DNA from: Octopus sinensis
Lineage: Eukaryota
Assembly: GCF_006345805.1 (NCBI RefSeq)
Contig: NW_021829708.1
Span: forward strand, 1 to 5,963
Reading direction: 5' to 3'
Length of the DNA stretch: 5,963 bases
Shown here: piece by piece, positions 1 to 5,963 of the stretch
Layout: each line of letters opens with the position of its first letter
Position numbering within the stretch: position 1 is the first letter of the stretch
Notes under the pieces: generated by a model
Told to the model about the DNA's origin: nothing
Seen by the model: only the letters and a program-made list of their open reading frames with translations
Databases searched by the model: none
Program-made: the position numbers and the translations under genes

Positions 1-107
1 CCTCTCCTCAGGGAGTAGAAATGCATGAGTCGTTTCCAGATTTTAGGTTAAGGACGATGTCACGCATATACAAGTATTCGATATAATATGGCAAACGTAT
101 TTTGTAA

Positions 108-336
108 TTATTATTTTTAATTCAGGTTCTGATGGAACTCCTAGAGTCTTGCATGAGTAGAGAGCTTGCTACCTGCAGCATATGTTATCAGTTCGCTACA
201 ATTATTTAATACTTTCCTGATTATTCTAATCGTGCCCAGGAGGTAAAGTTTTTGTAACAGCTCTCCTGAGAACTCTATTCCCATTTCTTTTATATCCCTC
301 TCGATGCTTTCTGCTACTGTCCCCAAGCATCTGCTG
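108..336 (-). mobile_element. 5'-truncated 3' end of an R4/Dong-like (RLE-type) non-LTR retrotransposon: endonuclease C-terminus plus short 3' UTR ending in a TAA-type tail
   Basis: Minus-strand translation CLGTVAESIERDIKEMGIEFSGELLQKLYLLGTIRIIRKVL resembles the C-terminal motif of R4/Dong ORFs (GALGxV...LQKxxLLGTxRIxRKVL, recalled). About 90 nt later the minus strand reads AAAAATAATAATTA (105-118), and (TAA)n abuts the 5' end at 337-350. Confidence 0.75.
207..329 (-). pseudogene. Fragment encoding the last ~41 aa of a restriction-like endonuclease-type LINE ORF
   Basis: Residues 43-83 of ORF 141..455. The upstream part of that ORF is a different repeat plus a TAA tract (poly-N), so the ORF is chimeric. 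Confidence 0.7.
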
Positions 337-350
337 TTATTATTATTATT
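337..350. repeat. (TTA)n / (TAA)n short microsatellite
   Basis: ttattattattatt, lying between the LINE fragment and the next repeat. Confidence 0.9.
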
Positions 351-762
351 GAGTGAGAGAGCTGTGTATGCCATCAAAGTGACACTGGGGTTAAATATAC
401 GAAGCCCAGTATACCCATCATGACTAGCCGTCTGATAAGGGTACACCAGAAACATGCATCACAAACATATGTGCAGAACATAGTGACTTCATATGAAGAT
501 TACCAGCGTATGACCTTGCAGGTGAGGCCCACTTAGAATTTTCTTCAGATCGAATAGGCCATCCCGCTCAAAAGGCCCTTGTATAAGGGTTATTTAAGAG
601 TGTTGGACGAAAGACCCACATTTCCAAACGTAAGTTATCTAAACCGCAAAGAATTCCTCTCAACACATGGCTATGATGCTCCCTCACTACTTCTGCTCGT
701 GATCAATTGGTAAAGGTCAAGCAACTGACAAGCAAATATTTGCTGTAGCCCATCTTTTATAC
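351..762 (-). mobile_element. Probable non-coding interspersed repeat (retroposon-like) with a TAA tail on the minus strand
   Basis: Complex sequence of higher GC than its flanks, bounded by (TAA)n at 337-350 and (ATC)/(ATT)n at 763-900. It resembles a repeat I recall from Octopus genomic sequence (gagtgagagagc...catcaaagtgacactgggg...gctgtagcccatcttttatacc); unverified. No protein homology recognised, and the orientation is inferred only from the tail. Confidence 0.5.
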
Positions 763-766
763 CATT

Positions 767-798
<32 letters not shown>

Positions 799-804
799 TA
801 TTAC

Positions 805-835
<31 letters not shown>

Positions 836-850
836 TTTTTTTTTTTATTA

Positions 851-888
<38 letters not shown>

Positions 889-900
889 TATTATTATAAT
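763..900. repeat. Compound trinucleotide microsatellite (ATC)10 then (ATT)n with a poly-T interruption
   Basis: Directly visible. Confidence 0.97.
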
Positions 901-1007
901 ATGTTGTGTATTCCCCATCCTTTTCATTGTATACCGTGTATACTTACTCTTTTTATTATTATTTATTTATTTTATCATTTCATTATATTTAAACTCCCAC
1001 GCTTTAA

Positions 1008-1010
<3 letters not shown>

Positions 1011-1050
<40 letters not shown>
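1011..1050. repeat. (TAA)13 microsatellite
   Basis: Directly visible; it produces the poly-N run in ORF 901..1107. Confidence 0.97.
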
Positions 1051-1051
<1 letters not shown>

Positions 1052-1232
1052 TACAGCAACAAACAGCTTTTATTTACAAAACATTACAACAAAGAAATTT
1101 TTATTGATGAAGGTAAAATCAACAACAGCAAAAACACCACAGACATCAACAGTTTCCAGTGAGGCTACAACGACAACAACAACAAGTATATACAAGAACA
1201 ACCACAACCACAACAATATCAACAACAATAGT
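1051..1232. repeat. Degenerate (CAA)n / ACA-rich low-complexity tract
   Basis: Repeated acaacaac, caacaaca and aaccacaacc motifs. Confidence 0.7.
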
Positions 1233-1275
1233 TGTTGAATTGGAAGCAGCAGACTGATATTGGAATGGTTCTTTC

Positions 1276-1319
1276 ATTCTGGTATCGACATCGGCTTCCA
1301 TTGATGTCGATACCAGAAT
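1276..1319. repeat. Perfect 17-bp inverted repeat with 10-nt loop
   Basis: ATTCTGGTATCGACATC (1276-1292) and its exact reverse complement GATGTCGATACCAGAAT (1303-1319). Confidence 0.95.
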
Positions 1320-1335
1320 TAAGGCTAGAGTGAAA

Positions 1336-1628
1336 ATGCGTGGCGAAGTGGTTAGGATATTCTGCTCAAGATCGTAATGTCATGATTTCGATTCCCGGCG
1401 GCTCGTTGCGTTATTGGGTCCAGATACCTTATTTCTTACTGCTCAGGTCTACTCAGGTGGCAAAAAATGAGTTGTACACGAAATTCAAAGGGTCAGCTTT
1501 ACCGCATCCTGTGAGAAGTACAGTTAGAGTACGGGTGTCTCAGCCACTTCCACGTTGATTACATAATCAGGCTGTTCCGTTCCTCGGATTCAACTGGAAG
1601 AGTCGTCGTCGTAACCGACGGAGTGCCA
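1336..1628 (+). mobile_element. tRNA-derived SINE (octopus-type), near full length
   Basis: Pol III A box TGGCGAAGTGG (1341-1351), B-box-like ATTTCGATTCC (1385-1395) and a 3' stem-loop CGTCG-taac-CGACG (1607-1620). The body (ctcaggtggcaaaaatgagttgtac...caggctgttccgtt...gtcgtcgtaaccgacggagtgcc) matches my recollection of a common Octopus SINE. Confidence 0.8.
1341..1395 (+). promoter_or_regulatory. Internal RNA polymerase III type-2 promoter relic (A box + B box) of the SINE
   Basis: The A box fits TRGCnnAGYGG. The B box is degenerate relative to GGTTCGAnTCC. Spacing is tRNA-like. Confidence 0.65.
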
Positions 1629-1689
1629 GTAATATCAAGATTCTCCTGTGTAGAGACACAATCAAATAGCAGAACACATAGCTTCTTAT

Positions 1690-1904
1690 ATTCTTTTCTA
1701 CTCTAGTCACAAGGTCCGAAATTCTGAGGGTAGGGGCCAGTGGATTAGATCGATTCTAGTACACAACTGGTACCTATATCATTGACCCTGAAAGGAAGAA
1801 AGGCAAAGTCAACCTCAGCAGAATTTGAACTCAAAACGTAAGGACAGACGAAATACTGCTAAGCATTTCGCCGGTCGTGCTACCGTTTCTGCCAGCTCGC
1901 CACC
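1690..1904 (-). mobile_element. tRNA-derived SINE (octopus-type, second family)
   Basis: Minus strand starts GGTGGCGAGCTGGCAGAAACGGTAGC (A-box region 1883-1894), has B box GAGTTCAAATTC (1821-1832), then actttgcctttcttcctttcagggtcaatgatataggtaccagt, and ends gagtagaaaagaa. Matches my recollection of an abundant Octopus SINE. Confidence 0.85.
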
Positions 1905-1994
1905 TTACATAGGTTCATATATCAGACGAAACATAACACTGAATATCAAGCGGGGGAGGGGGAACAAACAGACACAATGACACGCATACACGTA

Positions 1995-2031
1995 ATATAT
2001 ACATACATACATACACACACACACACATATA

Positions 2032-2075
<44 letters not shown>

Positions 2076-2090
2076 TATAATATATATATA
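1995..2090. repeat. Compound (TACA)/(CA)/(TA)n microsatellite
   Basis: Directly visible. Confidence 0.95.
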
Positions 2091-2243
2091 AGACGTCCTA
2101 TATCTGTTTCAGTTTACCAAATCCCCTCAAGGGTTTGGGTGGGAAATACAAGAAGACTCTTAGCCAAGGTACCATGCAGTGAAACTCAACCGGGAACCCA
2201 GTGGTTGCAGAGCAACCTTCTGGCCACACAGCCACGCCTGCGA
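2091..2243 (-). mobile_element. tRNA-derived SINE with CORE-like segment (third family); may extend across the TA/CA tract to ~1925
   Basis: Minus strand reads GCAGGCGTGGCTGTGTGG (A-box-like), ggttgagtttc (decayed B box), then ccttggctaagagtcttc (CORE-like ccttgggcaagt). It aligns with the in-window copy at 5194-5289. The extension to 1925-1990 (tcaagcgggggaggggg...aacaaacagacac) rests on a recalled consensus only. Confidence 0.75.
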
Positions 2244-2625
2244 CTAGTTTTTATATGAACAAAAAAGACGCAATAGTAATACATAAAAATCGCAGGAAAC
2301 ACAGAGACCGATGCGCGTTATAAAACCGAATAACATGACGACCAAATGGCAGGAAGCGCGAACACTCGTAGATTTATATTAAACACAACCCAATAAGATA
2401 TCATAGAAAGAGCAAGAAACACATAGCTGAACACATTAGAGAAACCCCACAGACCTACCATGTAAATAGAGATAGCTACAGTGAAATAATTTCCCCATCG
2501 CAAAGTGTAAAACAACATCAATACAAACGAAGGTTCTCTCAAATACACATTAAAATTATTTCCCAATACACAACGACAAATACAATCACACGAAGAAAAC
2601 AACACGTCAGCACACAAATGTTGTC

Positions 2626-2681
2626 ACACACATACACACACATACAAACACATACACAAGCACGCACGCACATACACACAC
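2626..2681. repeat. Imperfect (CA)n tract
   Basis: cacacacatacacacacatacaaacacatacacaagcacgcacgcacatacacacac. Confidence 0.85.
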
Positions 2682-2870
2682 GGTCTAACCCGCCCCTCCT
2701 TCTACCCCCTCCTCTTCCACACCCACACATACCAACAAGTTAGTAATTCCAGTGAGTAATAAATCAGCTAAAATGTCTGCCAACATTATTTTTTTCTTCC
2801 ATTTTGTGATGAAATTTTTCCTGTGTGTCATAAAATTTCATTTTCTGTTTCGTTTGTGGGTACATTTAAT

Positions 2871-3035
2871 TCACACACACACACATACATACACAGCACA
2901 CAAACGCACACATAAATACAACACAACACATGACTGCACATACAAACTAAAACGAACATACACGAAAACATACGAACTCATACGAACACAGAGAAATTTC
3001 AAACGAACATACAAGAATTTAGACAAACACAAACC
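2871..3035. repeat. Imperfect (CA)n grading into a degenerate ~10-bp ACATACGAA-type repeat
   Basis: catacgaac at 2969-2977 and 2979-2987; aaacgaacataca at 2950-2962 and 3001-3013. Confidence 0.7.
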
Positions 3036-3135
3036 AATATAGAGACTTACAAATAAACAATCACTCCACATATATTGACACACACACGCGTATTACATTT
3101 AATCACTGCGACGGGGAAACTTGCATACACCCCAG

Positions 3136-3188
3136 TATATATCTATATCTATATATTATATATATATATATTATATATATATATATAT
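3136..3188. repeat. Imperfect (TA)n microsatellite
   Basis: Directly visible. Confidence 0.95.
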
Positions 3189-3359
3189 GATGTGATTTAA
3201 GTAATGAAAGCAAAGGGACTCAACGCTTGTGGCAGAAATGGAAAATATTTCTTGTTTATTAATAGCTAAATATAACTTGACGTGGCATGAAGTAGTGAAA
3301 CTGGAATTGTATTGAGAAAATATATTCAGTTTGTAACAAGCGCACTCACACATACCAGC

Positions 3360-3563
<204 letters not shown>

Positions 3564-3661
3564 GATATGTTTCTTTATTAGCCTCACAGGGCTACACACA
3601 GACAGGACAGATTACAAAGTAGAGCTTTCTTTGGGGAGAAAAAAAAGTTGGGTAGGTTTTC

Positions 3662-3753
3662 GATCATAAGGGATCGTAAAAGGGAAAGAAAAAGAAAAAA
3701 AATAGAAAAAGAAAAAAAAATTGAAAAAGAAAAAAATGATCAATAGGGATCGT
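3662..3753 (+). other. 60-bp A-rich tract flanked by a 16-bp imperfect direct repeat (possible target-site duplication)
   Basis: GATCATAAGGGATCGT (3662-3677) versus GATCAATAGGGATCGT (3738-3753), 14/16 identical, flanking the A-rich 3678-3737. Confidence 0.6.
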
Positions 3754-4187
3754 GTAGATAGATAGATGGAATTACAGGCGGGATAGATGGATAGATATTC
3801 AAGTTGTCTGGTTAGTCAACGAACGTGAAGAAGCGTAGTGAATATGAGTGTATAGTGTAATATATATTTAAATGTACTTCATTGTCTCGCAGCAACTCGA
3901 GTTTCATGCCAGTGTAAACTTCTATAACATGGAGTGTCATGAAACGGCGAATATCAAGGAAAAGAAATTGATTGTATACGTGTGCGTGTGCGTTGCCTAG
4001 ACTCTGCCTAGATTCATACGCATGTACGAAGTGTTTATATCCTGATATGTATTGAAGCTTTCCAATGTATATTTCTCAAGTAAATCATCCTGAGGGTATT
4101 TTGTGCAGCCCTTTCATTTATATATGAATATTTTATTTCTCAATGATACAGAAAGTGATCCCTTCACTCTTTTCTGTGTGCCTTGTG

Positions 4188-4217
4188 ATATATATATGTG
4201 TCTGTGTGTGTATGTGC

Positions 4218-4258
<41 letters not shown>
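4188..4258. repeat. (TA)n then imperfect (TG)n microsatellite
   Basis: Directly visible. Confidence 0.95.
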
Positions 4259-4262
4259 ACGT

Positions 4263-4289
4263 TTCCTGTTACTTTTGGGTATTCCCTCG
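4263..4289. repeat. Mariner terminal repeat homolog (left), in the same orientation as the right one
   Basis: TTCCTGTTACTTTTGGGTATTCCCTCG versus TTCCTGTTTCTTTAGGGTACCCCTTCG (5020-5046), 22/27 identical. Confidence 0.85.
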
Positions 4290-4291
4290 TG

Positions 4292-4301
4292 TATGTATAT
4301 G

Positions 4302-4340
<39 letters not shown>

Positions 4341-4342
4341 TA
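4292..4342. repeat. (TA)n-rich microsatellite
   Basis: Directly visible. Confidence 0.95.
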
Positions 4343-4494
4343 CGACCCTTTGTTGTTCAAGCTTCCGCCGATAGAAGCCACTTGATGCAACCGTCAGGCA
4401 TCAGTCTGCCGACCGCCGTTCTTCATTACAGTCCTACTGCCACTTGGTGCCTCTTTGTTTTTCAGTACTTCTACCCCACTCGTTTATTTTTGCG

Positions 4495-4988
4495 ATGGCT
4501 AAAACGAAGGAACAGCGTGTTTCGGTGAAATTCTGAATTTCTGCTGAGGAAAACGCGGCCGAGAGAGTTGTCATGCTTCAAACAGCTTAATAGGCCTCTG
4601 CCATGAGCAAAACACAAGTTTACGAGTGGTTTTCAGACTTCAGGAACGGTCATTTTCCGCTCTCGTTCAGGGCGACCGTCGACTTCCCGAAGGTATGAAA
4701 ACATCATGAAAATTCGTAAACTGATTTTGGAGGACCGTCACCGCACTGTGCGCCGTGGACTGAAAAAGCAGTTGTAAGTTGATCCGGACTTTTATTCGAA
4801 GGTCTTCACTAGTGACGAAAGCTGATGCTACGGAATTTGTAGATGTGGAAGAGGTGAAAAACAAAACGACGGATGTGTTAGGAAACATCACTTTGCAAGA
4901 GTTCCATCTCTGGTACCAACAATGGAAAACCTGCTTGGACCGATGCATTGCTTCAAATGGAGAATATTTTGAAGCGATAAAAGTGTAA
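4495..4988 (+). pseudogene. Mariner transposase pseudogene (stops, frameshifts, two large deletions)
   Basis: MAKTKEQRVSVKF* ... VVMLQTA ... AMSKTQVYEWFSDFRNG (first HTH); RSGRPSTSR..ENIMKIRKLILEDRHRTV; DPDFYSKVFTSDES*CYG (first catalytic D, GAC 4814-4816, TGDESW-like); C-terminus FVDVEEVKNKTT...WKTCLDRCIASNGEYFE. No WVPHEL or YSPDL motifs seen. Confidence 0.92.
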
Positions 4989-5019
4989 ACATGTAAGTGG
5001 GTAAAGGAATATTGCAAAA

Positions 5020-5046
5020 TTCCTGTTTCTTTAGGGTACCCCTTCG

Positions 5047-5048
<2 letters not shown>
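5020..5048. repeat. Mariner right terminal inverted repeat plus TA target dinucleotide
   Basis: Reverse complement is TA-CGAAGGGGTACCCTAAAGAAACAGGAA, a mariner-like end, starting 31 bp after the transposase stop. Confidence 0.88.
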
Positions 5049-5103
<55 letters not shown>

Positions 5104-5144
5104 GTGTGTGTGTGGTGTGTGTGTGTGTGTGTGTGTGTGTGTAT
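5048..5144. repeat. Palindromic compound microsatellite (CA)20-(TA)6-(TG)20 with one T missing
   Basis: Counted directly: CA x20 (5051-5090), TA x6 (5091-5102), (TG)6 + G + (TG)13 (5103-5141), flanked by ATA/TAT. Confidence 0.93.
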
Positions 5145-5184
5145 TATATTTTACTTCTTCCAGTTATAGGACTGCGGGCATGCT

Positions 5185-5289
5185 GGGTATAATAGAAGAC
5201 ACTTGCCTAAGGTGCCACACACATGCAGTGGGACTGAGCCCGGAACCATGTAGTTGAGAAACAATCATCTTAGCACATAGTCACGTAGC
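5185..5289 (-). mobile_element. Second copy (head plus CORE-like part) of the SINE family at 2091-2243
   Basis: agaagacacttgcctaaggtgcca...tgcagtgggactgagcccggaaccatgtagttg aligns with agaagactcttagccaaggtaccatgcagtgaaactcaaccgggaacccagtggttg (from 2151). Confidence 0.8.
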
Positions 5290-5963
5290 ATTACTATTAA
5301 TAGTTTCCTCAAAACATAATTCCTTAGGTTATCTTCTGTCATCCATGTTTTTTTGAGTTACTTAAATACAAAAGGATGAAAATCTGTTTATTACAGTATT
5401 TAAATTACATCACGTTTTCTTTTTTATATTTTCGTTTTTGCTATTTTCTCTCTTTTTTTTCAAACGGTTTTAATCGACTTTGGTATATGTACAGTGTATA
5501 TATTGGTATGTTCTTATATTTTTTTATGTGATTTGCTGTGCTTACATATAGTAAATGATATAACGCAGTGTATTTATCTAAGTATATTTATTTAAATAGC
5601 GTATTTATCTAAGCGATGTAATATATGCCTGTCTGTATAATATGTTTATGTTTGGTTGTAGTCATGATATCCACTTGTATCGCTCTGGTGAGGTTGCAAG
5701 TTAGCAGTTACTAAATGTATTTACTGAAGAAGAGATGTCACTCTAACTTTATTACTAATAATACTTGAAGAGACATCTTACAGAGATATGGCTTCGATTT
5801 TATTGTCACCCCATTGGAATAGCCTCATATTTCATTGTTGCTATCAAATAATTTATTAAACAAATACGAAAAATATCTCCTTTTTATTTCTAATTAATCT
5901 AAACAATGTATTTAGAGAGAAAATACAAAACGAAAATAAAACTTAAAAAAGGATTCTTCTTCT

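Larger units (their letters stand above)
4263..5048 (+). mobile_element. Internally deleted, decayed mariner (Tc1/mariner superfamily) DNA transposon
   Basis: Transposase fragments, a 27-bp terminal repeat at 5020-5046 followed by TA, and a homologous repeat at 4263-4289. About 790 bp versus about 1.3 kb typical for mariner. Confidence 0.92.

Noticed and set aside
141-455. 104-aa ORF as an intact gene
   Set aside because: Chimera of a non-coding repeat, a TAA tract (poly-N) and a LINE C-terminal fragment.
901-1107. 68-aa ORF with poly-N
   Set aside because: Produced by the (TAA)13 microsatellite and AT-rich low-complexity sequence.
1336-1410. tRNA gene
   Set aside because: A and B boxes are present but I cannot fold a cloverleaf, and the sequence continues into a SINE body.
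1340-1558. 72-aa ORF
   Set aside because: Lies wholly inside a tRNA-derived SINE; non-ATG start and no recognisable domain.
2318-3083. ORFs 2318..2617, 2539..2730, 2752..3042, 2871..3083 and an ATG-less plus-strand open frame (~2374-2742)
   Set aside because: Composition-driven (CA/GT-rich, stop-poor) translations rich in H/T or V/C with no recognisable motif.
3901-3945. 10/11-bp inverted repeat GTTTCATGCCA / TGTCATGAAAC with 23-nt loop
   Set aside because: Short and imperfect; within chance expectation.
3893-3980. Candidate coding exon after the acceptor-like ttcattgtctcgcag (QLEFHASVNFYNMECHETANIKEKKLI)
   Set aside because: No convincing donor site and no recognisable homology; RNA-seq would be needed.
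3994-4015. 11-bp tandem duplication tgcctagactc/tgcctagattc
   Set aside because: Ordinary slippage duplication.
4103-5257. ORFs 4103..4528, 4133..4390, 4667..5089, 4888..5091, 4997..5257
   Set aside because: Microsatellite translations or antisense frames of the mariner. Only the C-terminal part of 4779..4988 is real transposase sequence.
5570-5613. 13-bp direct repeat GTATTTATCTAAG (5570-5582, 5601-5613), superficially CRISPR-like
   Set aside because: Only two short AT-rich copies in eukaryotic DNA; a local duplication.
5733-5778. Imperfect palindrome AGATGTC...TATTA-C-TAATA...GACATCT
   Set aside because: The intervening arms are unequal and poorly paired; not distinguishable from chance in AT-rich sequence.

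Overview
AT-rich, microsatellite-dense eukaryotic non-coding DNA with no intact gene; most ORFs in the track are simple-repeat or SINE artefacts. The SINE families closely resemble, from my recollection and not a database search, the abundant tRNA-derived SINEs of Octopus, so an octopod intron or intergenic region is likely. Left to right: a 5'-truncated R4/Dong-like non-LTR retrotransposon 3' end (minus strand) bounded by TAA repeats, with a second TAA-tailed repeat stacked next to it; (ATC)n/(ATT)n/(TAA)n arrays; a perfect 17-bp hairpin; three clustered tRNA-derived SINEs; CA/TA and AGGT/AGAT microsatellites; an A-rich insert with a probable target-site duplication; an internally deleted mariner (Tc1/mariner) relic; a palindromic CA-TA-TG microsatellite; and a fourth SINE fragment. 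The most unusual observation is that the mariner's two terminal repeats are direct rather than inverted, which an 88-bp micro-inversion would explain. I see no support for a new multi-gene system; the findings concern transposon and repeat architecture.
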